DNA of 53,327 nt from an uncultured Flavobacteriaceae bacterium (GCA_964410335.1 CAYPGZ010000001.1:24800-78126), one strand, 5' to 3'; positions 16,924-26,891 are shown, counted from the stretch's first letter. The notes: a model not told the origin generated them from the letters alone. Made by a program: numbers and translations.

Positions 16924-17118
16924 ATGCTGAAAGTAACCGTAAAGGAAGGCGAAAAGATTGAACGCGCACTAAAACGCCTAAAACGAAAAGTACGCGACAC
17001 GAAAATGATGCAAAAAATCCGTGATAACCGAGAATACACTAAAAAATCTGTTGCCCGTCGTAGACAAAAGCAAAAAGCCGAGTATGTTCAGGCTTTACGA
17101 GATAAAGAACAAGACTAA
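16924..17118 (+). CDS. rpsU: 30S ribosomal protein bS21
   Basis: 64 aa, MLKVTVKEGEKIERALKRLKRKV...YTKKSVARRRQKQKA, a classic S21 sequence. Confidence 0.92.
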   Translation: MLKVTVKEGEKIERALKRLKRKVRDTKMMQKIRDNREYTKKSVARRRQKQKAEYVQALRDKEQD

Positions 17119-17119
17119 T

Positions 17120-17566
17120 ATGCAAACCTTCACGATTTACAACCCCAACATGAAGCCTGATGAGGCCGAAAAGGAAAAAATTGTAAACTTTCTTTTTGAA
17201 CATCTGGATGAATATGGAGATCCTAAAGAGGATATACGAAAATCCCTGGATTTTGCCGTCCATGATTTAATTCCTTCTCTGGGGGGATTCGTGTTGTTGT
17301 TGAAAGAAGAAGGGGAAATTCTGGGTGCTACAATTGTCAATAAAACCGGGATGTCGGGTTATATTCCGGAAAATATACTTGTTTATATTGCCGTAGATGG
17401 AAAAAAACGCGGTCAGGGAATTGGCAAAAAGATCATGAACAAAGCCTTGGAAATGACCGAAGGCAGTGTGGCTTTGCATGTAGAGCCAAACAATCCCGCA
17501 AAATATTTATATGAAAAAACCGGATTCACCAGTAAATATCTGGAAATGAGATATACAAAGGGATAG
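17120..17566 (+). CDS. GNAT-family N-acetyltransferase
   Basis: ATG at 17120, 1 nt after the rpsU stop; acetyl-CoA motif A VDGKKRGQGIGKKIMNKAL; GNAT C-terminus YEKTGF. The 17021 start in the track overlaps rpsU and is rejected. Confidence 0.75.
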   Translation: MQTFTIYNPNMKPDEAEKEKIVNFLFEHLDEYGDPKEDIRKSLDFAVHDLIPSLGGFVLLLKEEGEILGATIVNKTGMSGYIPENILVYIAVDGKKRGQGIGKKIMNKALEMTEGSVALHVEPNNPAKYLYEKTGFTSKYLEMRYTKG

Positions 17567-17613
17567 AAACTTGAAAATTCTTTGTATCAAAATCCGAACC
17601 TGAAACACAACAA

Positions 17614-18738
17614 TTGAAACTTTCCGATTTCAGAAAAGAACTGCATGCACATCCTGAACTTTCGGGAAAAGAGACAGAAACAGCAAAAAAAATAGAAGCT
17701 GAATTAGAAAAATGCCGACCACAAAAGATCATTAAAGGCTTGGGCGGCAACGGCTTGGTTGCAATTTTTGAAGGGAAAAAACCGGGGAAGACTATCGTTT
17801 TTCGTGCTGAACTGGATGCCCTGCCCATCCGGGAGGTGAATACTTTTGAGTATGTTTCAAAAAACCCAAATGTTTCTCACAAATGCGGACATGACGGCCA
17901 CATGACCATTTTGATTGGCCTTGCCCGGAATTTATTGGAAAATCCTCCACAAAAGGGAAAAGTGCTTTTACTTTTTCAGCCCGCAGAAGAAACCGGAGAG
18001 GGCGCAAAAGCAATTTTGAACGACACAAAATTCAAAGAAATAAATCCTGATTTTATTTTTGCTTTACACAATATTCCCGGAGAAAAAAAAGGAAAGATAA
18101 TTTGTAAGAAAGGAAGTTTCACCCCTGCCGTGAGCAGTGTGGTAATTAAACTCCAAGGAAAAACCTCTCATGCCGCTGAGCCCGAAAACGGACTCAATCC
18201 TGATTTGGCACTGGCCGAACTCATTTCTAGCCTCAAGAAAATGGAAATTCAAGATGAAAATAGAGAGGATTTTACGGTCATCGCCACAGTTTTTGGCCAT
18301 CTGGGTTCCAAGGATTACGGAATTTCAGCCGGGGAAGCCGAGGTGCATTTCACCGTACGTTGCTGGACTTCTGATCAACTTGATTTCCGAAAAAAAGAAA
18401 TCGAGAAAAGTATAACTTCAATTTCTCAAAAATATCATTTGCAAGCTTCTGCGGAATGGATTTATGATTTTGCGGCAAATAAGAACGATCAAGATGCTTT
18501 TACATTAATCCAAAAAGCAAGTCAACAAAACGGATTTGATTTTTTGGAAAAGAAATACCCTTTTAAATGGGGAGAGGATTTTGGAGTATTTACCCAAAAC
18601 CAAAAGGGAGCCATGTTTGGATTGGGATCAGGCAAAAACACCCCCGCATTGCACAATCCTGATTACGATTTTCCGGATGAAATAATTCCTGTGGGAGTAA
18701 AGATGTTCCGCAAAATATTTGAATTGGCACAAGAATAA
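17614..18738 (+). CDS. M20D-family amidohydrolase (aminoacylase/hippurate hydrolase-like)
   Basis: 374 aa; LHAHPELSGKE, HKCGHDGH and FQPAEETGEGA metal-ligand motifs; TTG start. Confidence 0.8.
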   Translation: MKLSDFRKELHAHPELSGKETETAKKIEAELEKCRPQKIIKGLGGNGLVAIFEGKKPGKTIVFRAELDALPIREVNTFEYVSKNPNVSHKCGHDGHMTILIGLARNLLENPPQKGKVLLLFQPAEETGEGAKAILNDTKFKEINPDFIFALHNIPGEKKGKIICKKGSFTPAVSSVVIKLQGKTSHAAEPENGLNPDLALAELISSLKKMEIQDENREDFTVIATVFGHLGSKDYGISAGEAEVHFTVRCWTSDQLDFRKKEIEKSITSISQKYHLQASAEWIYDFAANKNDQDAFTLIQKASQQNGFDFLEKKYPFKWGEDFGVFTQNQKGAMFGLGSGKNTPALHNPDYDFPDEIIPVGVKMFRKIFELAQE

Positions 18739-18773
18739 TTTCTCAGATTTGGATTTGAAAATTCTAAATAGTA

Positions 18774-19925
18774 ATGAACCACAGTTCCACCATCTATCTC
18801 GATCAAAAAGCATTAGCCAATAATATCGATTACATCCGTTCGGTAAAAGGAGAGGAAACCTTATTATCCTCTGTTTTGAAGGCCAATGCCTATGGTCACG
18901 GGATTTCACAAATGGTCAAGGCTCTGCAAAAATTAAAAGTAGAACATTTTTCGGTATTCAGTTCTTCTGAGGCTAAAGAGGTTTCCCGGGAAACTACAGG
19001 CGATTGCACCATTATGATTATGGGCGATATCAGCCCGATAGATGAAGATTGGGTGATAGAAAACGAGATTGATTTTTTTGTGTTCAATTTCTATCGTTTG
19101 GAAAAAATGACTGAACAGGCAAAAAAAGCCAATAAAAAGATAAACATTCACCTGGAATTGGAAACCGGTATGAACCGGACAGGTTTTAATAAACCTCAAT
19201 GGAAACAACTGGTCGAATATCTGAAAAAGAATTCAAAACAAATCAATATTAAAGGGATCTGCACCCATTTTGCCGGAGCGGAAAGCATTGCGAATTACAA
19301 ACGAATTCACGACCAACGCAAAACCTTTAAAAAAGCAATACGTTTTTTCAAAGATAATGAAATTTCTCCGGAGAGAATCCACTGTTCCTGTAGTGCCGCC
19401 ATGCTCTCTTTTCCGCAAGCTAATTATGATATGGTTCGTATCGGAATATTGCAATACGGGTTATGGCCGAGTCGGGAGACTTTTATTTCACATATGACCA
19501 AAAAGAATATTGACGATGACCCGTTGGAACCCGTTTTAAGTTGGAAATCTTATATTATGGATACCAAAAAAGTCAGGAAGGGAACACACATTGGTTATGG
19601 AACCACTTACCTTGCCGAAACCGATATGGTTATTGCTTCAGTTCCGGTGGGATATGGATACGGTTATGACCGTGATCTCAGTAACCAAGGTCGTGTGATT
19701 GTGGGCAAGCATCGACTGAGCGTTATAGGTATTGTCAATATGAATATGTTGTTGATTGATATCACACAAATTGCCGAGAAAACTTCCATTGGAGAGGAAG
19801 TTGTTTTGATAGGAAAGCATGAGGATTTGGAAATTACCGTAAATTCTTTTGAAAATTTGACCTCAAAATTGAACTATGAAGTACTGGCAAGATTGGATAA
19901 AGATATTCCCCGAAAATTGATTTAA
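18774..19925 (+). CDS. alr: alanine racemase
   Basis: 383 aa; PLP-lysine motif VLKANAYGHG; HLELETGMNRTG; CTHFAGAE; YGLWPS. Confidence 0.85.
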   Translation: MNHSSTIYLDQKALANNIDYIRSVKGEETLLSSVLKANAYGHGISQMVKALQKLKVEHFSVFSSSEAKEVSRETTGDCTIMIMGDISPIDEDWVIENEIDFFVFNFYRLEKMTEQAKKANKKINIHLELETGMNRTGFNKPQWKQLVEYLKKNSKQINIKGICTHFAGAESIANYKRIHDQRKTFKKAIRFFKDNEISPERIHCSCSAAMLSFPQANYDMVRIGILQYGLWPSRETFISHMTKKNIDDDPLEPVLSWKSYIMDTKKVRKGTHIGYGTTYLAETDMVIASVPVGYGYGYDRDLSNQGRVIVGKHRLSVIGIVNMNMLLIDITQIAEKTSIGEEVVLIGKHEDLEITVNSFENLTSKLNYEVLARLDKDIPRKLI

Positions 19926-20019
19926 ACCACCAGCTCTTTTGTTTCTGATTGTAGCTTAAATCTCTCATTTTTTAAGGATATTATAACACGCTAAACTTTA
20001 AATATTCTTTTATTTTAAT

Positions 20020-20027
20020 TAACTTTG
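20020..20027 (+). promoter_or_regulatory. candidate -7 box (TAACTTTG) for the SOD gene
   Basis: Exact TAnnTTTG, 36 nt upstream of the ATG at 20064. Confidence 0.4.
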
Positions 20028-20063
20028 GACTGAATTGAATACTAACTTTTAAAAATAAATATC

Positions 20064-20672
20064 ATGTCATTCGAATTACCGAAATTACCTTACGCATTTG
20101 ATGCTCTTGAACCCCATATTGACGCCAAAACCATGGAAATCCACCACGACAAACATCATGGAGGATATACCAGTAAATTAAATTCTGCAATTGAAGGCAC
20201 CGATTTGGAAGGAAAGGAAATCGAGGACATCATGAAAAATCTCGATATGTCCAATTCTGCTGTTCGTAACAATGGGGGAGGATATTACAACCACAATCTT
20301 TTTTGGGAAATTATGTCCCCCAATGGCGGAGGAAAACCTTCCGGTGATTTAGGCAATGCCATCGACCAAAGTTTTGGTTCATTTGATAAGTTTAAAGAAG
20401 AATTTTCAAAAGCTGCAGCAACTCGTTTTGGTTCCGGTTGGGCATGGCTTTGTGTTCATAAAGGAGGCAAACTCGAAGTTTGTTCCACCCCAAATCAAGA
20501 CAACCCGTTGATGCCCGACACCGGCTGTGGAGGACATCCTATTTTGGGACTTGACGTTTGGGAACACGCGTATTATCTTAATTACCAAAACAAACGTCCT
20601 GATTATATCGAAGCGTTTTTTAACGTGATCAATTGGGATGAGGTTTCAAAAAGATATGAAAGCAACAAATAA
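20064..20672 (+). CDS. Fe/Mn-family superoxide dismutase
   Basis: 202 aa; [28 protein letters not shown]; [18 protein letters not shown]. The metal (Fe versus Mn) cannot be decided by eye. Confidence 0.92.
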   Translation: MSFELPKLPYAFDALEPHIDAKTMEIHHDKHHGGYTSKLNSAIEGTDLEGKEIEDIMKNLDMSNSAVRNNGGGYYNHNLFWEIMSPNGGGKPSGDLGNAIDQSFGSFDKFKEEFSKAAATRFGSGWAWLCVHKGGKLEVCSTPNQDNPLMPDTGCGGHPILGLDVWEHAYYLNYQNKRPDYIEAFFNVINWDEVSKRYESNK

Positions 20673-20695
20673 ACGTTGTTTTAAAGAAAAATAAA

Positions 20696-20723
20696 AGACC
20701 GGTAATCATGCCGGTCTTTTTTT
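20696..20723 (+). terminator. rho-independent terminator after the SOD gene
   Basis: agaccgg-taatcatg-ccggtct hairpin followed by T7. Confidence 0.75.
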
Positions 20724-20911
20724 ATGGTTCACCTCGAAAAAAGTAAAGAAAAAAGGCAGCCCGAAGACTACCTTTTGCCCCAAATTTTACCATAAAAAAT
20801 TAACCTACTAAAGTTATGGTTAGGCTAAGATACAAAATAAATTTGATATATGGCAAATTTTATTTTTATCTGTCAGTAATTTATTAAAAAAATAAACATG
20901 GAGAAAAAATA

Positions 20912-22810
20912 TTAATAAGCACGAACCTTATTTCCTTCAAAATAATTCAAAAAGGCACGATTTACGACTCGATTGCCGCCGGGTGTCGGATAATTTCCCG
21001 TAAAATACCAGTCTCCGAGGTTTTTTGGGCAGGCTTCATGCAGTTTTTCCACACTTTGGTAGATAATTTTAAGTTCGGCTTTGGTGTGTTCATCGCTGAG
21101 AAGTTCGGCAATTTTATCCGAAATCTGCTCTGTGGAGAAAGGAGCATAAATTTCTTTGACAAAATTCTTTACTTCACTATCGTCCAATTCTATTTGGTCT
21201 TTACATTTTTGATAAACTTCATCCACGATATGTATTTGATCGGTTTCTTCCAAAAGGGAAATAGCTGCCCGGAAAGCCACAAAATCTTCTAGGTTTGCCA
21301 TATCAATTCCATAGCAATCGGGATATCGTATTTGTGGTGCCGAAGAAACAATCACGATTTTTTTGGGACCTAAACGGTCCAGCATTTTAATAATGCTTTT
21401 CTTTAATGTGGTTCCCCGAACGATACTGTCGTCGATGACTACCAAGTTGTCTGTATTTTTGACTAACCCGTAGGTTACATCATAAACGTGCGCAACCAAA
21501 TCATCCCGACTTTTGTCTTCGGTAATAAAAGTGCGAAGTTTTGCGTCTTTGATGGCGATTTTTTCAGTACGGATGCGGTGACTCAAAATTTCTGTTAATC
21601 GTTCATCGGTAAGATTTTCCCTCTCGTTGAGGATAGCCTCGTTCTTTTGTCGGTTCAGTTCGTCTTGTGCCGCTTCCAACATTCCATAGAAAGAAGTTTC
21701 GGCGGTATTGGGAATAAACGAAAACACCGAGTTGATGGTGTCGTGATCGATTGCTTTTAAAACATCCGGCATCAAAAGGCGGCCGAGCATTTTTCGTTCC
21801 TGGTAGATTTCTTTGTCGCTGCCTCGCGAAAAATATATTCTTTCAAAAGAACAAGCTTTGCGTTCCAAAGGTTTAATAATTTGTTTCACCGAAATTTTCC
21901 CATTTTTCTTGGTGATAAGCGCATGCCCGGGATCAAGCTCAGAAACAGCCTCAAAAGGCACGTTGAAAACGGTTTGTATAACCGGTCTTTCGGAAGCCAC
22001 TACCACTACTTCATCGTCCTTGTAATAATACACCGGACGAATCCCTGACGGATCGCGCAATACAAAGGAATCGCCGTGACCTAACAAACCCGCCATGGCA
22101 TATCCGCCGTCCCAATCTTTTGAGGATTTTCGTAGGATTTTAGCCACATCCAGTTGTTCGGCGATATGAGGAGAAGCCTCCCGTTTGTTGAGTCCTTCTT
22201 TTTTGAGTTTTTTATAAAGTTTTCTTACTTGAGAATCGAGGAAATGTCCGATTTTTTCCATCACAGTTACCGTATCCACCGTGTCTTTCGGGTGTTGACC
22301 AAGCTCAACAAGATGATTGAATTGCTCAAAAACATTGGTCATATTAAAATTTCCGGCAACAATCAAGTTTCGGTGCATCCAGTTGTTTTGACGAAGAAAG
22401 GGGTGCACATTTTCGATGCTGTTCGACCCAAAAGTACCATAACGCACATGACCTAAAAACAATTCTCCCAGATAAGGGATGTGTTTCTTTTGTGCGGCGA
22501 TATCATCGCAATATTCAGGATGCTTACTCATTTCTTCATTGATGCGCTCATTTATCTGTGAAAAAATATCCTGAATGGGTTGCGCATCATTCGAGCGTAA
22601 TCTGCTGATATAGCGCTGACCGGGAGGCATGTCTAATTTGATGCTGGCAAAACCCGCGCCATCTTGGCCACGATTGTGCTGTTTTTCCATCATCAAATAC
22701 ATTTTATTTACCCCATAAAAAGCCGTGCCGTATTTTTCCTTGTAATATTCAAGGGGTTTTAGAAGACGGATGAGCGCAATACCGCACTCGTGTTTTATGC
22801 TGTCGCTCAT
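20912..22810 (-). CDS. purF: amidophosphoribosyltransferase (long Bacteroidota type)
   Basis: 632 aa; N-terminal nucleophile MSDSIKHECGI; NRGQDGAG; PRTase motif VVIDDSIVRGTT. Confidence 0.88.
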   Translation of the reverse strand: MSDSIKHECGIALIRLLKPLEYYKEKYGTAFYGVNKMYLMMEKQHNRGQDGAGFASIKLDMPPGQRYISRLRSNDAQPIQDIFSQINERINEEMSKHPEYCDDIAAQKKHIPYLGELFLGHVRYGTFGSNSIENVHPFLRQNNWMHRNLIVAGNFNMTNVFEQFNHLVELGQHPKDTVDTVTVMEKIGHFLDSQVRKLYKKLKKEGLNKREASPHIAEQLDVAKILRKSSKDWDGGYAMAGLLGHGDSFVLRDPSGIRPVYYYKDDEVVVVASERPVIQTVFNVPFEAVSELDPGHALITKKNGKISVKQIIKPLERKACSFERIYFSRGSDKEIYQERKMLGRLLMPDVLKAIDHDTINSVFSFIPNTAETSFYGMLEAAQDELNRQKNEAILNERENLTDERLTEILSHRIRTEKIAIKDAKLRTFITEDKSRDDLVAHVYDVTYGLVKNTDNLVVIDDSIVRGTTLKKSIIKMLDRLGPKKIVIVSSAPQIRYPDCYGIDMANLEDFVAFRAAISLLEETDQIHIVDEVYQKCKDQIELDDSEVKNFVKEIYAPFSTEQISDKIAELLSDEHTKAELKIIYQSVEKLHEACPKNLGDWYFTGNYPTPGGNRVVNRAFLNYFEGNKVRAY

Positions 22811-22880
22811 TGCAAAGAATTGGTTTTTGCCACTAAGTCACAAACCTGAATTTATTTTTTCATGCCTTTGGTGGTGATAT

Positions 22881-23804
22881 TCAAACTAAATCAATATCAA
22901 ATTGTGTCAATTGCCTAAATTGGTTAAGCCTTTCCTGAACATCTTCTTCCGTTAGCTCCAACATACGTGTTGTACCAAACTTTTCGACACAAAAAGATGC
23001 GAGATTCGAACCGTGAATAATTGCATTTTTCATGTTTTCGAAGGAGGTATTTTCCGTTTGAGCCAAATAGCCCGCAAATCCTCCTGCAAAAGTGTCGCCT
23101 GCCCCGGTGGGGTCAAACACTTCTTCTAGTGGTAATGCAGGAGCAAAAAATACATCTTTGCCTGAAAACAATAAAGCTCCGTGTTCTCCTTTTTTGATGA
23201 CCACATATTTTGGTCCCATTTTACAAATTTTTCCCGCCGCACGAACCAAAGAATATTCTCCGGAAAGTTGGCGCGCTTCCTCATCGTTTATGGTGATAAC
23301 ATCTACCTTTTCAATAACTTGCAAAAGTTCGTCCAGGCTGTTGTCCATCCAAAAATTCATAGTATCGAGAATGATAAGTTTTGGATTTTTAACTTGTTCA
23401 ATCACACTCATTTGGACGTTGGGATGCAGATTTCCTAACATCACGATTTCGGCATCACGGTGTTTTTCAGGAACCACTGGTTGAAAATCGGCCAGAACGT
23501 TTAATTGTGTGTCTAAGGTATCACGGGTATTCATGTCATTGTGATACCGACCGCTCCAGAAAAAACTTTTTCCATCTTTAACGATTTCCAATCCATCGAG
23601 ATTGATGTTTCTTTCCTTGAAAATGTCGATATAAGCTTGAGGAAAATCGCCTCCAACAGTAGAGACAATGGCACAGTCGATATCGAAGCGAGAGGCTGCA
23701 AGGGAAATATAAGTTGCGGCTCCGCCCAAAATTTTATCGGTTTTTCCGAAAGGTGTTTCAATGGCGTCGAAGGCAACAGTGCCGACGATAGTCAGTTTAG
23801 ACAT
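22881..23804 (-). CDS. PfkB-family sugar/nucleoside kinase
   Basis: 307 aa; GGAATY near the N-terminus; PfkB signature DPTGAGDTFAGGF; 70 nt upstream of purF on the same strand. Confidence 0.8.
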   Translation of the reverse strand: MSKLTIVGTVAFDAIETPFGKTDKILGGAATYISLAASRFDIDCAIVSTVGGDFPQAYIDIFKERNINLDGLEIVKDGKSFFWSGRYHNDMNTRDTLDTQLNVLADFQPVVPEKHRDAEIVMLGNLHPNVQMSVIEQVKNPKLIILDTMNFWMDNSLDELLQVIEKVDVITINDEEARQLSGEYSLVRAAGKICKMGPKYVVIKKGEHGALLFSGKDVFFAPALPLEEVFDPTGAGDTFAGGFAGYLAQTENTSFENMKNAIIHGSNLASFCVEKFGTTRMLELTEEDVQERLNQFRQLTQFDIDLV

Positions 23805-23901
23805 CTTGGATTTTTTGCAAAATTACGGTTTTTGGAAGTTAAAGCATGGTATTTCCACAAATTTTGAGTCGAAGGGATGTCAAGCCGCTGACGGACTAGG
23901 T

Positions 23902-25593
23902 TTAGATTCCCGTAGGAACAGCATGAATTAATTTTTGGGTATAGGCTTTTTGTGGATTTAAATAAACCTCATCGGCATCGCCGCTTTCCACAATTTTCCC
24001 TTCATGCATCACCAACAGTTGATCGGCCATGTATTTAACCACAGCCAAATCATGTGAAATAAAAATATAGGTAAAACCAAATTTTTCCTTTAATTCATTC
24101 AATAAATTCAACACTTGAGCCTGAACCGAGATGTCCAAAGCCGAAACCGATTCATCACAAATAATCAATTTAGGTTGCAAGGCAATGGTTCTTGCAATTC
24201 CGATACGCTGACGTTGACCTCCACTGAATTCATGCGGATACCGATAAAAATGTTCCTCCGAAAGACCGACCCGTTTCAACAATTCGAGGGTTTTTTCTTT
24301 TCGTTGGGCTTGATTTTCATACAATCCGTGAACTAACATGGGTTCCATAATGGCTTTTCCTACGGGAATTCTTGGGTTGAGAGAGGAAAACGGATCTTGA
24401 AAAATGATCTGGATCTCTTTTCTGAGGTTTCTTAATTTCCTTCCGGAAAGATGGGTTATATCTTCACCTTTATAATATATTTTTCCTGCAGAGGCCGGCA
24501 ATAATCGCAAAAGTACATTTCCCAAAGTGGATTTTCCACATCCTGATTCGCCAACTAAACCCAGCGTTTCGCCTTCATAAATTTTTAAACTCACATGGTC
24601 TATAGCTTGGATTTTTATTTTTTTTCCAAACACTCCTGTTTCCTCAGAGGAAGTTAAGAAAAACTCTTTTTCCAGATTTTCTACTTCTAAAAGAGGCGGT
24701 TTGGCGTATATTTTTTCATGTCTTTTTTGTCTTTCTTCCTTATTTTCCAAAACTATTTCAGGAGATTTTCCCAAAAAATCCTTTACCGTAGCGAGTTTTT
24801 TGGGGCGGTCGTTTACCGGTGGTTTGGAAGCCAATAAGGCTTTCGTGTAATTTTCTTTGGGATGCATAAAAATTTCCTGAACCGTATTTTGTTCCACAAT
24901 TTTTCCACGGTACATCACAATTACCCGATCGGAAATTTCTGAAACAACGGCCAGATCATGCGAAATAAAAAGAATACTCATTTCGGTTTCTTGCTGAAGC
25001 TGTTTCAACAAGGAGAGGATTTCTTTTTGAACAGTAACATCCAGTGCGGTGGTGGGTTCGTCAGCGATGAGGATTTTTGGTTTGCACGCAATTGCCATCG
25101 CAATCATTACTCGTTGTTTTTGTCCTCCACTAATTTGATGGGGATAAGCATTATAAATACTCTTGGGACGAGGAAGTTTTACCTTCTCAAAAAGGGAAAG
25201 CGTTTCTTTTTTTGCAGCTTCGGAATTTATTTTTTTATGTCTCAACAGGATTTCCGAAACTTGCTTTCCGCATTTCATGGAAGGATTAAGCGAGCTCATC
25301 GGCTCCTGAAAAATCATCGAAATTTCTTTCCCACGAATTTGTTGCAGGTTTTTTTCTGACAGCGAAAAGAGATTTTGCCCTTGAAAATTAATTTCTCCTG
25401 ATTCCAATTTTCCTGTTTTTCCCAACAAACCTAAAATAGATAACGCTGTTACCGATTTTCCCGAGCCGGATTCTCCCACAATTCCCAACACTTCATTTTT
25501 TTCCAGAGAAAAACTGATTTCATCCAATACACGATTTTTTCCGTTTTCGGTGTGGAAAGAGAGAGAAAGATTTTTTATTTGAAGTAGGGACAT
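23902..25593 (-). CDS. ABC transporter ATP-binding protein with two fused DppD/DppF-like ATPase domains
   Basis: 563 aa; two Walker A motifs (GESGSGKS, GESGCGKS); two signatures (ISGGQKQR, FSGGQRQR); two Walker B motifs (ILIADEPTTALD, LIICDESVSALD). No permease or binding-protein gene is nearby. Confidence 0.85.
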   Translation of the reverse strand: MSLLQIKNLSLSFHTENGKNRVLDEISFSLEKNEVLGIVGESGSGKSVTALSILGLLGKTGKLESGEINFQGQNLFSLSEKNLQQIRGKEISMIFQEPMSSLNPSMKCGKQVSEILLRHKKINSEAAKKETLSLFEKVKLPRPKSIYNAYPHQISGGQKQRVMIAMAIACKPKILIADEPTTALDVTVQKEILSLLKQLQQETEMSILFISHDLAVVSEISDRVIVMYRGKIVEQNTVQEIFMHPKENYTKALLASKPPVNDRPKKLATVKDFLGKSPEIVLENKEERQKRHEKIYAKPPLLEVENLEKEFFLTSSEETGVFGKKIKIQAIDHVSLKIYEGETLGLVGESGCGKSTLGNVLLRLLPASAGKIYYKGEDITHLSGRKLRNLRKEIQIIFQDPFSSLNPRIPVGKAIMEPMLVHGLYENQAQRKEKTLELLKRVGLSEEHFYRYPHEFSGGQRQRIGIARTIALQPKLIICDESVSALDISVQAQVLNLLNELKEKFGFTYIFISHDLAVVKYMADQLLVMHEGKIVESGDADEVYLNPQKAYTQKLIHAVPTGI

Positions 25594-25662
25594 GGACTAG
25601 CTTATGGTTATAGAAACGTGATTTTCAGGAACATACATTCACGAATATTTTTTGCGGAGTGA

Positions 25663-26376
25663 CTAAACCGAAACGATTTCGGTTTCATTCAACAATTTTT
25701 CTTGTCTGAGCTTGAGGATTATTTGGGCAACGGCCACTACGTCTTTTTCGCAGTAAGCACAAATTCGTGAGATATCTTTATCATTATAAAAAACATTCCG
25801 CACCTGACTGCCATCGATATCGTCCTTAGGGGAAGGAATTCCCAAGACGTTGGTAAGGAGTTTCAGTGAGGTGTAATGTTTATAATCACCGAATTTCCAA
25901 AGTTCAAGCGTGTCTAAATGAGGAACTTCCCAGGGTTTTTTTCCAAATAAATCGAGTTTGCCGGGCAAGGAAATCCCATGAATCAACATACGTCGGGCGA
26001 TGTAGGGAAAATCAAATTCTTTGCCATTATGAGCACATAAAAGATGTTCAGGTCTGTTGAAATGCGTATCTAAGAGATTTTTAAAATCCTTCAGAATCTT
26101 TATTTCTTCCCCAAAAAAAGTGGTGATTCGAAATTCTCGTTTCGCTTCGCGGAAACTGAAAAATCCCACCGAAATACAAACAATTTTACCGAATTCTGCC
26201 CAAATTCCGGCGTGGTCATAAAATTCTTCGGCAGTAAACTCATCTTGACGTTTATATTGAGTTTTGTGTTCCCAGAGTGCTTTTCTCTCCTCGTTCAGCT
26301 CCTCAAATGATTCAAATTCCGGCACCGTCTCGATATCGAGAAAAAGAATGTTTTCGAGTTTTATGTGCTTAAACAT
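25663..26376 (-). CDS. DEDD-type 3'-5' exonuclease (PolB-exonuclease-like, RNase H fold)
   Basis: 237 aa; Exo I ILFLDIETVP; Exo II LLCAHNGKEFDFPYI; Exo III YCEKDVVAVAQI; 42 nt downstream of ogt on the same strand. Confidence 0.7.
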   Translation of the reverse strand: MFKHIKLENILFLDIETVPEFESFEELNEERKALWEHKTQYKRQDEFTAEEFYDHAGIWAEFGKIVCISVGFFSFREAKREFRITTFFGEEIKILKDFKNLLDTHFNRPEHLLCAHNGKEFDFPYIARRMLIHGISLPGKLDLFGKKPWEVPHLDTLELWKFGDYKHYTSLKLLTNVLGIPSPKDDIDGSQVRNVFYNDKDISRICAYCEKDVVAVAQIILKLRQEKLLNETEIVSV

Positions 26377-26418
26377 ACCTGAAGAAGGTTAAGAATATTG
26401 GCTCAAGATAGCAATTTT

Positions 26419-26886
26419 TTAAAAAAGTGAGATTTGTTTGTGATCTTGTTCATGTTCCAGCAACCATTTTTTACGCCATAAACCTCCTGCATATCCAACC
26501 AAAGAGCCATCACTGCCAATCACACGGTGACACGGAACTACAATCCACAACGGATTTTTTCCATTGGCCGAGGCAGCAGCACGAATATTTTTTTCATCTC
26601 CGAGAGCACGTGCTAAATCCAGATAAGAAATGGTTTTCCCAAAAGGAATTTTTAACAGCTCTTTCCATACTTTTTTCTGAAAATCAGTTCCTTGCGGGTT
26701 TATTTTAAAATCAAAGATGCGGCGTTTTCCTTCGAAATATTCTGTGAGTTGCTGAACGGCTTCTGCTAATTCTGTCGTGGGTTTTGCGTTTTCTAGAGCT
26801 GCTTCGATTACTGAAATTTTTGAAATTCCATTTTCATCTCCTTCGATATATACCGTGCCCAGAGGAGTTTTTAAGGTGGTTTTCAT
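26419..26886 (-). CDS. ogt: methylated-DNA--protein-cysteine methyltransferase
   Basis: 155 aa; active site VPCHRVIGSDGSLVGYAGG; upstream GKTISYLDLARALG helix. Confidence 0.9.
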   Translation of the reverse strand: MKTTLKTPLGTVYIEGDENGISKISVIEAALENAKPTTELAEAVQQLTEYFEGKRRIFDFKINPQGTDFQKKVWKELLKIPFGKTISYLDLARALGDEKNIRAAASANGKNPLWIVVPCHRVIGSDGSLVGYAGGLWRKKWLLEHEQDHKQISLF

Positions 26887-26891
26887 TTTTA

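Noticed and set aside
17021-17119. Extended 5' ends offered by the ORF track (17021 for GNAT, 42511 for sigma, 39932 for S8 peptidase, 45376 for rsmB, 13877 for folK fusion, 11776 for DUF819, 6301/5097/4783 for the lipoproteins)
   Set aside because: The extensions overlap upstream genes or contain the gene's own TAnnTTTG box. They also place residues in front of obvious signal peptides or conserved N-termini. Internal starts fit better.
20724-20911. 188-bp spacer after the SOD terminator with a second imperfect hairpin (aaaaggcag ... ctacctttt) and a 23-codon ORF
   Set aside because: The hairpin has a mismatch and lies 140 nt from the purF stop. The mini-ORF has no promoter box or hydrophobic or other features. 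It is probably just a convergent-gene spacer.
23902-25593. Twin-ATPase protein as an ABC-F translation factor
   Set aside because: The N-terminus and inter-domain region look like DppD/OppD-type importer ATPases (LSLSF...VLDEISF, with a C-terminal oligopeptide-type extension after each cassette). It does not have the charged ABC-F linker (P-site tRNA interaction motif).
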